Shown here: one piece after another, positions 52,301-64,000 of the stretch
How positions within the stretch are numbered: position 1 is the first letter of the stretch
Layout: the number at the start of each line of letters is the position of its first letter
From: Azolla caroliniana
Taxonomy: Eukaryota; Plantae; Polypodiophyta
DNA length: 64,000 nucleotides
Direction of reading: 5' to 3'
NCBI GenBank assembly: GCA_043228905.1
Contig: JBHGNT010000017.1
Location: forward strand, 6,944,001-7,008,000
The notes under the pieces: model-generated
The model's database searches: none
Told to the model about the DNA's origin: nothing
What the model saw: only the letters and a program-made list of their open reading frames with translations
Made by a program: the position numbers and the translations under genes

Positions 52301-53000
52301 GATGTGCACCGGTTTTGCTTCGTCCATGGTCCCTAGGTTCACCTCTTCCAGTTGCGACGCTTTTACGCGCTGTGAAACGGCCATTTCCCGTTCCAACGCT
52401 TCCTGCGCTTGCCGTAACTCTCTGATTGCGTCTTTATCCGGTTCTGCTTCAGCCTCTTCCGGTTGCAGTAAGTATGGTGCTACTGCTTCGGCAATGTCAA
52501 TTTCGAAGAGGGGTATGATCTTCGGATTTTCCTGCAAGTACTGAGCTTCTTCTTCGTCAGCTAACCCTTCTAGCATGTTGACGCACTCTGCATACAACGG
52601 TGTACTTCCTTGCCAGTGCTTGTCCTTGGTTGTGTTGGTACCCGTACCTTGGCTTTTCCTCGCCGGAAGGTAATTATATATTTCCTCCAATTCTGTTTGA
52701 TATGTGCCGTTTTCAACCAAGGCCGCCCCAGCAATAGCGGGTATGCGCCTTGTGCCTGTAATTGTAGCACTACTGCCGAGATGTGACTTCTAATTTCCGT
52801 ATTAATCCTGTCGGCCGCACTGAGCTTGTATCAACCATCCGTAACCAGAACGGACACGGCTCCCACTCGTGGATTCCCAGGGCATCACACGTCCGGAGGC
52901 TTATTACATTCACCCCGGAGCCTCCATCTATTACTGTGCCGGGGAGTTCTTTCCCTTTTACAATGGCAGTAATTACCGGACTGTTGGTGTCCACCACCAT
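49373..53000 (-). pseudogene. Gypsy F pol: protease, RT, RNase H, integrase
   Basis: VIDGGSGVNVI; WLSPIVVVPKK, CVDYRKLN, LDGFSGYNQI, MFGLKTAP, FLDN (decayed YxDD); VFVDAS, EREAL, DYLSR; integrase HHCC, LDFVGP, ISDQ, QANGLAE, WTGPW. A few stops and frameshifts. Confidence 0.92.
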
Positions 53001-55148
53001 TGGTCCCTCCTCCGGATTCTAGAAGAGTACCGGTACCGGTGATTCTCCTCCCGTCATGGTTGTCTTCAGTCCTTCCGTGAATCTCGGCACGAGCTGTAGG
53101 AGTCTTCCTAGTGGCAGCGTAATCTGGCATTCTTGCAACGCCTGCCATGTCTCGTTGTCGGAGTGATTGCCGCCAGCAAGCCCTACGGTGTTCTCCTTTT
53201 GTCGCTATAAGTCTGTGACATTTTGCTCGTTTGCTTTCTTCACCCATTCCGTCGCTTGCTTCTGGATGGTCTCCTGCGTCTCCCATTCCTTGGCCATGCC
53301 CTTCGACCTTGTGGTCACCTGCTGCAGATCTGCCACTTCAGGGACTACCATATTTACTACCGGTCGTTTGTCATAGCTCTTCGCCGGGCATTGATTACTA
53401 TAATGGCCTTCCTGTCGACAGTAGTAGCAGTAGGCTTTCCGGGTATTGCTGGATTCGGCATTGTCTGTTGTACCCGAGGCCGGTCCTGTGGTAAGCGCGG
53501 GGTTTTGGGCCGGTTGGCTGCTTGAAGCTCCTTGTTCCGGATCCTGTGGGTAGCCGCCTTTTTTGAAATGCCGTTTTTTGTTATAGTTCTTCTTATTGCG
53601 GTACTCTTGACGAGGTTGGTCGTTATATCTGCCGTATTCCTCCCGTTGCTGACGATACCCGGGGGAGTGCTCCCGGTCGTAATATTCGTATTGTCTATTG
53701 TAATCCTGGTACCGATCATATCTATCCTGTCGGTCATAGTTATCCCGCCGATCACCGTACCGGACATCATTCTCCCGTTGATCGCCATACCGGACATCCT
53801 GTGCCGGTCAGTCACGGTCCATTCGCCGCCAACGTTCCTCTTCTTCATCCCGGCTGCTGCGTGGCTCTATTTGTCAGACGGACGGTGCTTGCCGGTTCAA
53901 TAGATTATAATCGCACCTATCCGTCGTATGGCCCTTGGATTGACAGATTACAGATTGCGTCCTCATAGTGCATTCTAGTGCCGAGTGTCCGGAATTCAAG
54001 CAGGTTGTGCACTGTATTGCTTGCCGAAACCAGAGGTCTTCATCGGACGGTAACGCCCGTTGGAGTGCTCCCAGTGTGAGCCAGGAGCTTGTCTTCTCCA
54101 TCTCTCTCACTCGGTCAAGGACCTGGTCAATGGTACTTGCGCGGAAGTCAATTACCGTGCACACCGTGCGTAGGGGTTCCTAGAGCGCATTCAGAAATAT
54201 AGTCCGTAATTCCTCCTCCAGGGGTGCGCGGGCAAGCTGACTATGCATCCGTTGAAACCGGATGACAAACTAGGGAATGCTCTCCCCTGCCTCCTGTCGG
54301 ATGGTATAAAACAAGCCCACCATTACTGTCTGGTCCACCTCCTTTTGGAAAAAATGCGAGAATTTAGCTTTTAAATCTGCGAAGGTGGTGATGGTAGACG
54401 GGTCCTGCGTCCGGCACCATCTCGCTGTCGGTCCTTCCAATGTGACGCCAAATTCCGCTATCTTAGAGCGTTCCTCTTCCTCCGGGGTCAATCGCTGGGA
54501 CACATGGTTTGCTTCCCATGTCTGTTCAAAGGCGTGAACATGAGCTTCCACGTCTGGATCATCTCTATACTTGGAGTACTGGAACGGCATGTCGTCGTCC
54601 GGTATCGGTGCGCGGGCTGGCGGTGTTGGTGGTCGTTCCTGGTTTTTCTCCGGCGTCGGTGGTCTTTCCTCTTCTTTTGGTGATGGAGGCCTCTCCTCCT
54701 CGACTTCCGGTGTCGGAGATCGCTCTTCCTCTACTGGTTCCGGAGGTTCCAGCCTTAGCACTTCTTGTTCCGGTGTCGGTAAGGTGTCCGATCCTTCGTC
54801 CTCCGGTCCGGCCGGGGTTTCATTGCTGCTACGGTAGTTCGTGTGCACGCTGTATTCCCCTTCGGAATCCGATTCATACGTTGAAAAGGCTTCTGCTTCG
54901 CCCTCTCCGCTTGCCAACGCCTAGAGAAGGGATTCGGTTTCCCGGAGGCTGCTTAGGCTACTGTCATCGTCCGGGTGCGATGTTTGTTGTAACCAGAGGG
55001 ACTCCTCCGCTACTCTCCGGATTACGTTGGAAAACGAGCGATCCGATCTAATTTCCTACGCCGCTTGCTAGAAAGCCTCGCGTCTCCTTTGCCTTTCGGC
55101 AAGGCGTCGAGTTCGATCTGTAACCAGGTCGTGCATTGATCTAGTCAT
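53000..55148 (-). pseudogene. Gypsy F gag with two zinc knuckles
   Basis: Starts MTRSMHDLV at 55148; capsid-like AHVHAFEQTW..TARW..FADLKAKF; CTTCLNSGHSALEC and ICQSKGHTTDRC; several TAG stops. Confidence 0.85.
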
Positions 55149-55823
55149 CCATTCGTGCCGTCGTTCGCTGCAAAAACAAGAATCGTGGTCGCCAAAAACT
55201 GTGTTAACTCTTAGGGCCAGACAATGGCCTAACACAGGGTGTCTACGGAAGACACTTCACCAAAGGGGTGTTACGGCAATAGGATTAGACTCAACGATTA
55301 ATCCGACTTAATTAGGCTACTTAACAAGATCGTCCTTAATAATCACACGCGTAAGATATAACAATGAATGCAGAACGGCAATTAACACACAGAGATAACC
55401 ACACTAAGCTTTATTAATTAACTGCTACTCATTACATTGTATCCGGGCCTTTAAATAGGTTTCCGGTCTGTAGTACAAAACGGTGCCATCCGCACCTGTT
55501 CGGGATCGGTCCGGATCCGGAACAGCATACCGATTCCGGTCCGTCCGTCCACACTACTAATAGCTTACATACAACCATTCCTAATAATTAAATAACTCCT
55601 TCGTTTCACACTCTGGACTCCTTTGCCGGCCAGTAACACCTTGTGACTAGGGGTTGATTCGGGCTTGCCCATGCACCTCTCCTTTTCACAAACACATTCG
55701 AATACTCATGCCTTGTTTGTGTAAGCCTTCCTTGTGTTGTGGGTGTGAGCCCTATTTCCTTCCCGTCCATAACTCCGGCGGTTCCGCTTCACAATCCACA
55801 CATAGTGACGGATTTTCACGACA

Positions 55824-56645
55824 ACGGATGTTGCTAAGGTGGAACCCCATTGGAAGTTATGGGTATACGGTTGTCATCCCCTCATGGAGCTAGAATGGGA
55901 CCCAAGGGATTTCAGGTGGAAACATGATGGAAGACTCCGCCACTTCTTGGAATACAACACTAAATTGGGTCATACTTTACAACTACATCTAAACGGCCCC
56001 CTACACAATGGCTAGCGAACATTGGGCATCCCTGACAAGGTGCTCATTCCCTTTTGGAAGGGTCTCTAGCGTCTCCACATGCTTGAAAAGATCAAGCTCT
56101 TTTGGTGGTAGATCAGTCATAATGTTGTTCCCGTTGGGGAATGGCTAGGTAAATTTGGTGGCTCGATAGGTTGCCCACTTTTCTCTTCACCTATTGAGAC
56201 TCTGACACATTGTCTATGGGATTGTCCTCAAGCTCAAAAGGTCCGGGAAATTTGGATGTTGATTGCAGGCTTCACCCTATGGTATGTATGGAAAGCACGT
56301 TTCCTAAAGGTCTTCCAAGATCTGGTATGCCCTCCAGAGGAAGTGATCATGGATATATGGTTCGCGATTATTAGGTGCTTGTGAGGCAAATTGGACGAGG
56401 TTTGCGGTCACTGCAACGATGTGTTCACTGCCCATTTGCACTTTTGGCAAAAATGGCAGAACACACCCATGGTGATGCAACGAGGAACTGGCATGAGGTG
56501 GTGCTACCAGCCCCCACGCTGGCTATTTCCTACTCACCTCCCACTTGTCATAGAAAGGATGCCACGATGGAATGTAGGGGGTTGAACTCATGACCTCCTG
56601 GTCTTATTGGGCAACCTTATCAATCAAGCTACATCCATCTATGCA
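55824..56645 (+). mobile_element. L1 LINE ORF2 3' fragment (right part of the element at 43089)
   Basis: Removing LTR E and one 4-bp flank copy restores WKIDADVAKVEPHWKLWVYG..LEWDPRDFRW; zf-RVT-like CPLF..ETLTHCLWDC at ~56170-56225. Confidence 0.75.
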
Positions 56646-56649
56646 TTAT

Positions 56650-58538
56650 TGTATTATATAAGATTCAACTTATTACATTGTAGGTTAATCACTAGAACTT
56701 TCAAGATACTTCTAGAGAATGCATCTTCATGCGCTCTCTAGAAGTTTCCTAGGTTACATGCATACCTCCACATTCTTGTATAAATACTTGGGTGCACCTT
56801 GATTACAATTAAGGTGAACAACACCAATTACGGAAGCATAATATCAGTTCTTGTTCTCTTGTCTATATTCTCTCTCTCTCTCTTAGTATTTAGCTTCATC
56901 TACTCGTCCGTGATAGTTTGTTCACCTTCATTCTTCTTGCTACCATGTCCGACTTTGTTAACAACTTAAACCAAGTAATGGCAACCTTGGAACAACTTCA
57001 ACTAGAAAATGAAATCCTTTGTGGATCTTTACGAGAGCTTCAAAATGGCAAATCCAACAACCCCCCACCCGCCGAGCCTCACCCTTCGTCAGCACCAAGC
57101 CCAACCCCTTCCTCTTCCCATCCATATGTTCTTGAACCTAGTGTCAGCCTACCCGACAAATTCAACGGCTCGAGGGTGCATCTTCGCGGCTTCATCAATC
57201 AAATTCGGGTTATCATCTATTTTCAACCCCAACATTATGCTAGATATTTCTCTCAGGTCGGCCTCGTTGGCACCCTTCTCTCTGGACCGGCACAAGCGTG
57301 GTTTGCGCCATTGATTGAGACCTCATCCCCACTCTTAGACAACTTCCTTTCCTTCCTTGAAGAGTTTGAAGCCACATTCGGGAGAGACAGACCAATGACG
57401 AACGACACTCACGAAGCTCTATTCCTTACAACAAGGCTCCCATCCGGCCTCCATCTATGCTTCAAAGTTTCGTCAGATTGCGTGCGATGTTAGCTGGGAT
57501 GACCAAACCTTACACGACCATTTTCGTCGAGGCCTCCGAAACGATGTCAAGACTCTTCTCTTAAACTTTTTGGAGCCCACATCGTTGTCTCAAGTAATCT
57601 CCCAAGACGTTCAATGTGATAATCATCTTTTTGAGCTTCGATAGGAGGAACATGGGACTCGAGGATTTCAGTCTTCCTCCCACAACGCTCACATCACAAG
57701 GTCATATGTACCAATTTCACCAACAACGCCACGGTTGCCATCCTCCAATGATACTCATACCCAGATGGAGATCGACCCCCATACCCCAATGGAGATCGAC
57801 CATGCTTGGTTCCAACCATTAACCGATGCCCAACGACGACATCGACGCGACAATGGCCTCTGCCTCTATTGTCATACCCCCGGCCATGTCATCCGCCATT
57901 ACCCAGTGTGAAGCCCTCATCATCAATCCTACCGTGCACGTCTTGCGGAGGTTTCTTGACAACAAGAAAACGACCAAGTCCGGCTGCAGTAGGAGCCATG
58001 CCGTTGGATGCTTCCTATTACCCTACTTCTCCGTGCTCCTACAATTCAGTTACACCAGCAGGAGGTTTTACTTTGCAAGTAAGTCTTTATTTTGGGTCTA
58101 CTTCAATACAATCCCATGCCTTCCTCGATTCTGGTGCATCTACTTGTTTCATTGATATCTTGTTCGTCCAAGCACATAATATCCCCACCGTCCGCACAAC
58201 ACAACCCATATCCGTTGAAGCTATTGACAGACGGGTTCTCTCTTCGAGGGCGGTTACCGAAGCCACTGTCCCATTGGTACTTCAAGTAGGGTCCCACCAT
58301 GAGGTGTTAATGTTCTACCTCATTGTAACCCCTTGACATCCGATTGTTTTAGGGCTATCTTGGTTGGAAACACACAATCCGACGATGGATTGGTTCAACC
58401 GTTCCATCACTTTTTCATAGACACCAATGCAGGGTCACGACTCCCCACACTGTTACTTGTGTGGGGGTTGCTTTCAGCTTGGTTGCGCATTCTTCCGATT
58501 TCAACTCAGTCTCCAACACTGTTGATTCCGTTGTGGCT
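56650..58538 (+). mobile_element. Chromovirus-type (Tcn1-like) Ty3/Gypsy G, 5' part: LTR ~56650-56915, gag, protease
   Basis: gag PDKFNGSR..RGFINQ..LSGPAQAWF, CLYC...GHV knuckle, protease AFLDSGAS, LGLSWLETHNP; self-complementary PBS. Interrupted by element H at 58539. Confidence 0.85.
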
Positions 58539-58951
58539 TGTCGAGACTCGTGGGTAGGAGAGAGTGAGAGCGAGAGCGAGAGCGGAAGAGAGAGGGTGTG
58601 TGTGTGCGTGAGAGAGTGAGAGAGAGTGAGAGAGATAAGACTTGAAATAGAAATGAGATTATATTATGGTGAAACAAGATTACAATGAGTAGGCTAAGGG
58701 CTAAAGATTGGTGTTGAACCGAATGAGTTGAAAGGAATGTATGGACACTTATTTATAGATCCTTATGGAGTATTCTAGAATGTTCTAGAATATTTTAGAT
58801 TTTTATGATAACAAATATAATCATGAAATATTAAAGGATGTTCTAGAATATTCTAATATCTCGTAATAACTAAAAATATAATTATTATAATCACACAACA
58901 TTTATGTTATTTCAATGGTTAAGGGTTCAACACATAGACCAAGAAGTGACA

Positions 58952-61900
58952 TTATCCCCCCTTTCGATGACGAGTTCCACGAGTCGGAAGACAAGAGTTT
59001 GGACTTGGTTTATGGGGATATTTGTCATGAAATGCAACAACCATGTCGGAGGCATTAGCAAGATGCTCAACATGCTCCCTTGTTCGATCATTAGGTGTAT
59101 AACCTAACCAATCAACCAAATAATATAGTTTGTTGCAGATGATCTTGGAGTCAAGAATGGCAGTAACCTCATATTTAGAGCCATTGGAAACTTCGATTGG
59201 AGGTGGGGGAGGTGTAAGACGTCCCGAAATAGATCTTGTTGTGTAGGGCTCCAAAAGTGAAACATGGAAGACCGGGTGAAGACGCATATGAGGAGGGAGA
59301 TCAAGACGAAATGTCACATCATTGATGTTACCAGAGATCACATATGGGCCGAAACGTTGATAATCCAATTTGTAGCAAGGTCAGGTGGTTTTAATGCTAC
59401 CTTCTAAGAGCCATACACGATCTCCTACTTGAAACGTAGTCGATGAATCACGCTGATGATGATCAACAATCTTCTTTTGAGTGTTTTGGGCATCACATAA
59501 ATGATGCAAAAGTATATCCTGAACTTCTTAGAGTCGAGTGAGTTGATCTTCAGCAGTTGGGTTTTGCGGGAGTTCAGGATGTTCAAGCATCGTCCAATGA
59601 GGATGGTACCCAATGTTAGCGAAAAATGGGGAATATCCAGTAGAAGAATGTTCGGAGTTGTTATAAGCAAATTCCACCAAATGTAATAAATCCACTCAAT
59701 CATCTTGTTGATAGTTGACAAAACAACGTAGATATTGTTCGACTGTTTGGTTGGTGCGCTCACTCTGCCCATTAGTCTTTGGATGGTAGCCGGAAGAGAC
59801 TTTACAAGAAGTATGTAAGAGTTTGAACATGTGCCGCCAAAATTTCGAGATGAATTGGGGACCCCGATCACTGATAACATCATCTGGAAGACCATGATGG
59901 CGAAACACCTCCCGCATGAGTAAATCGGTTGTCTCTTGACTAGTAATGGTCTTCGTGCATGGAAGGAAATGCGTCATCTTCGTAAAACAATCGACTACCA
60001 TGAGAATAGAATCAAATCCCTTGGAAGGTGGAAGATCTGTAATAAAGTCCAAGGAAATAGATTTCCATGGGCTCTTTGGAATAGGCATTGGCTGTAATAC
60101 GCCATATGGATGATGTCGAGGCTTTTTTGATCGACAACATGTATCACAACTACGAACATAATCCGTAACAAAATGGCGAAGCCGTGGCCACCAATATCGG
60201 TTAGAAATCAACTCAAAAGTCTTATAGATGCCGAAATGTCTAACCATTAGCGTGTCATGACATTGTTGCACGACTTTGAGTCGAGAAGGACCGTCAAGCA
60301 CATACAAGAGAGTTTGTCGAAAAAGCAAACCATCATGCCAATTGAACTAGGTGTAGTCTAGACAAGGATTTTGAGATTGGGAGCTGGAAGCACAATCTGG
60401 GATAATATGTCTCAAAACCTCTCGGGCGAATGCATCAGTCGCAATCTGCTCCCGAATGGAATCAAGAAGCCTTGAATCTCCCGGTGTGTTGATAGTATGT
60501 ATTGCCATTACTCGTAGACGATGAGGACCTAAGAGGATTTGCTTTTGACTTTCAAATACAGCCTCTCCTGGTTGAAGTTCCATATACGAACGTCGAGACA
60601 AAGCATCTGCTTTTCCTTGTTGAATCCCAGGGCAATATAGAATTACAAAATCAAAACGAGGTAAGAATTGCACCCAACGAGCTTGTCGACAATTCAAGAC
60701 TCGAGCACTTTGGAAGTATGTTAGATTTTTGTGATCATTGTAGACAATAATCTGTTGAGAAAAACCCTGCAAAAAATGACGCCATTGTTGAAAAGAATCC
60801 ACAATTGCAAGAAACTCTTTGTCGTGAATCTCATAGTTGATTTCCGCAGTTTCAAATTTCCGTGAGTGAAAAGCCACAGGGTGCAATTCTCCATCTTCGC
60901 CAATCTGGGATAGTACGCTTCTGAGTGCGAAATCAGATGCATCAGTTTCAAGTATAAAGCACCTCATTGGATCGACATGCATTAAAATTGGTGCAGATGT
61001 AAACGCTTGCTTTAAACCCTCAAATGCAGAGTTCGCATCTATACCCCATACAAATGGTTGATTCTTGCAAGTTAGTTGAGTGAGGGGCAATACAGTCTTT
61101 GAATAATCTTTGATGAACTTGCGATAAAAGTTTGCGAACCCCAAAAAACATTGTACATCTCGCACAAACTGTGGTTTTTGCCAATCCAAAATTGTTTGAA
61201 CCTTTGATGGATCCATAGAGATGCCATTTGAAGAGACTATGTACCCCAAAAATTCCACTTGAGACTGGTCGAAACTACACTTCTCCAATTTTGCATAGAG
61301 ACCATATTCTTGTAACCGTTGCAAAACTTGGCGAACATGTATCTAATGCTCCTCTTGAGTTTTTGAGTAGATCAAGATATCATCCAAGTAAACTATGATG
61401 AAGATATTGAGGAAGTCTCGAAAAATGTCATTCTCCATATGTTGGAAAACTGTTGGTGCATTCGTGAGACCAAATGGCATCATTGTATACTCAAAATGAC
61501 CATAGCGAGTGCGGAACGCGGTCTTCCATTCATCCCCAGGACGAATTCGAACAAGGTTGTAGGCACCTCGAAGATCTAACTTTGTGAAATACTTTGCACC
61601 CATGGAGGCTCTTTTCCTGGTTGCAAATCAATCGGGCAATCATATGGTCGATGCTCTGGTAATCTATTAGCCTTCACCTTATCGAACACATCGGAGAATT
61701 CTATGTACTTCTTTGGTAATTGGGACCCCAATTCTTGTGAGCTAGATGAGGGAGTTGCTAAAACCGCAAACACCATCATGTCTTCCTTCCTTCCATCCTC
61801 TCGTAACTGATGTATAGAGATTGTTGTAATCGTGTGCAATCCTAGATCCATTGTTGGAGTTTCAAGAGACTCGGACTGTACTGTGACCTCTTCAATAGTT

Positions 61901-62310
61901 CTTTTTCTCCAATCAATAGTTGGGTTGTGTAACTCAAACCAAGGAAGACCAAGAACTAGAGAGTGCTCTGTACTACTAATGATGTTGAATGAGATGATAC
62001 TAGCCAAATTACTTAGGACTACACGAATTGGTTCAGACTCTTCGACTATATCACCTGATGCTATAGGGCGACCATCGATGACTCCTATAGCTACTAGGTT
62101 CGGGAGCTTGTTCAAGATGATGTCTTGGGTCAATGCAAACTCGTGATCCATGAAACAAGAATTGGCTCCAGAATCTAGGAGGGCAGAGGCTAGGACTCGA
62201 TGACCTGTAGATGTGCTAAGCTCAACTTGTGTAGAAAAAACTCTAATAACTTGATTTGATGAAATGGAACCACAACTAGGTACTAACTCTACATATCTAG
62301 GATGGTCCAA
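58952..62310 (-). pseudogene. Chromovirus H pol: protease, RT, RNase H, integrase, chromodomain
   Basis: ALLDSGA; [31 protein letters not shown]; ETDAS, DALSR; SLDFI, SDRGPQF, NGQSER; GPY motif; chromodomain YEVTAILDSK...YYLVDWLGY. There is an internal deletion at the RT start. Confidence 0.92.
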
Positions 62311-62336
62311 CCAAATGGCTCCTATTTTGGTTGGAC

Positions 62337-63464
62337 TTATTCATTTAACACATCCTCTAATTGGCTCAAGACATCAAATCTATTCTCATGGCATGGGTTA
62401 TTAGGCTTAATAGTTAAGTTATTAGAATTGATAGTATAACTCGAGGTAGGGTTGTCATATGCACTTACTTGGTAAACTTGACGTCTAGGTTTATGTGGAC
62501 AATTCACAGCAATATGTTCTGGACCACCACAATAGAGGCATAGGCGATGCGCCCGACGTCGTTGTTTCTTAGCATTTGATAAAGGCCCTCGACATTGTGT
62601 TGACTCTATTTCCATCAAAGTGGGATCATCCCTCGTAATGGGTCTGGGAACTTGTGGCGGTGTTGCGACTATTGAAGCATACGTCTGTTCTGGTTGGTGG
62701 CGTAGCATTTGTTGACGTTCAGAACATCACTCAAATAGGTGATTATCACATCACACAGCTCGACTAATGGCCTTTGTAAGAGACTTTGGATCTTCGTGGA
62801 AAGTAAGAAGAAGATCTTTGACATCGTTACCCAAACCCTGACGAAATTGATCCATTAAGGCTGCCTCATCCCAAGGTATCTCACATGCTAAGAGACGGAA
62901 ATGTGTTGCGTAGGCTGAAACGGGACGATCTCCTTGTCAGAGTCTTCGAATCTTGTTTATTGCCATTCTAGTGCTATCAGTGTCTCCAAAACTAGCTTGA
63001 AACTCTTTAACGAATGCCTCGAAATCCTCCAACAATGGTGATTTCTTCTCTAGAAGTGGTGCAAACCATGCTAATGATGTACCACTTAGCAAGGTTCCTA
63101 TTAATCCCACATGAGCAGCATCAGTTGGGTGTCCATTGGGATGTAACTGAATCACCAAGCGGACTTGATTCAGGAAACCTCGAAACAAAGATCGGGTACC
63201 ATCAAACTTGGCAGGGAGGCTAATATTTGGTTCCCTTGGGGAGTTTTGAACCCCCGCCGCTTGTTCTCGTAATGTTAATATAGTAGCCTCGAGTTGATGA
63301 ACCCGTTGTGATAACTCCTCATATTGATGAGCTTTCTTGGTACTCACTTGTTGTAAATCCCCGAGTAGCCTATGATTTTCTTGCTCTAATGCCACAAACT
63401 TAGTTGTGAGCATGTCGAGCTTAGAAAGGACACGCATATACTCTTGCTTGCTCACAGATTCCAT
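62337..63464 (-). pseudogene. Chromovirus H gag
   Basis: PAKFDGTRS..RGFLNQ, LSGTSLAWF, zinc knuckle CLYCGGPEHIAVNC; a few in-frame stops. Confidence 0.88.
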
Positions 63465-64000
63465 AACTAAGGGGGGGAAATAAAGAAGGGAAAAGAAGAA
63501 AGCTTGCTAGGGTTATTGGAAAAGGAAACAGAAAGATTCGGTTCAAACTGTCGAGACTCGTGGGTAGGAGATAGAGCGAGAGCGAGAGTGATAGCGAAAG
63601 AGAGAGGGTGTGTGTGTGCATGAGAGAGAGTGAGAGAGATAAGACTTGAAATAGAAATGAGATTATATTATGATGAAACAAGATTACAATGAGTAGGCTA
63701 AGGGCTAAAGACTGGTGTTGAACCGAATTAGTTGAAATGAATGTATGGACACTTATTTATAGATCCTTATGGAGTATTCTAGAATGTTCTAGAATATTTT
63801 AGATTTTTATAATAACAAATATAACCATGAAATATTAAAGGATGTTCTAGAATAATCTAGAATGTTCTAGAATATTCTAATATATCGTAATAACTAAAAA
63901 TATAATTATAATAATCACATAACATATATGTTATTTCAATGGTTAAGGGTTCAACACATAGACCAAGAAGTCATGGGTTCGATTCTTGATAAGCCAAAAT

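Larger units (their letters stand above)
45699..55638 (-). mobile_element. Near-complete non-chromovirus Ty3/Gypsy LTR retrotransposon F with a 3' extra ORF
   Basis: 437-bp LTRs at 45699-46135 and 55202-55638 (about 11 mismatches by eye), exact TSD CCTTG, PBS TGGCGACCAC (tRNA-Arg-like) at ~55185-55194, order gag-PR-RT-RH-INT-eORF. Confidence 0.95.
44098..55823 (+). mobile_element. Large solo LTR E (~1.8 kb: 44098-45698 plus 55644-55823) hosting Gypsy element F
   Basis: Perfect 8-bp terminal inverted repeats TGTCGTGA/TCACGACA; flanks GCGG/ACGG; TATA box CTATAAATA at ~44494; the tandem array continues on both sides of the F insertion. Confidence 0.75.
58539..64000 (-). mobile_element. Tcn1-like chromovirus H (3' LTR 58539-58951; 5' LTR from 63549, probably running to or past the window end)
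   Basis: Homologous LTRs starting TGTCGAGACTCG; PPT GAAAGGGGGGA next to 58952; gag-PR-RT-RH-INT-chromodomain order. Confidence 0.93.

Noticed and set aside
47456-55051. Numerous plus-strand ORFs (e.g. 48090-48764, 54509-55051)
   Set aside because: Antisense shadows of GC-rich Gypsy coding sequence with no recognisable motifs.

Overview
Eukaryotic land-plant nuclear DNA. A non-seed plant (bryophyte, lycophyte or fern) is inferred from Tcn1-like self-priming chromoviruses and RTE-X-like LINEs. The first 10 kb hold one intact 18-exon gene, protoporphyrinogen IX oxidase 2 (PPO2/HEMG2, 1208-10033, +, 520 aa by manual splicing). The remaining ~54 kb are a deeply nested retrotransposon island: RTE-X-like and L1 LINEs, at least three Ty1/Copia families (several truncated or fused, plus three solo LTRs with exact 5-bp TSDs), a ~1.8-kb solo LTR carrying a tandem array, a near-complete non-chromovirus Ty3/Gypsy element (45699-55638, -) and two nested chromovirus-type elements. 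The strongest leads are (1) the Gypsy element's ~940-aa sense-strand extra ORF of unknown function, combined with no visible polypurine tract, (2) tRNA-independent, Tf1-type self-priming PBS structures in both chromovirus-type elements, and (3) an L1 that appears to sit in a (CT)n microsatellite inside an inverted-repeat-bounded element. All coordinates were read by eye, and family or clade names are inferences needing database confirmation.
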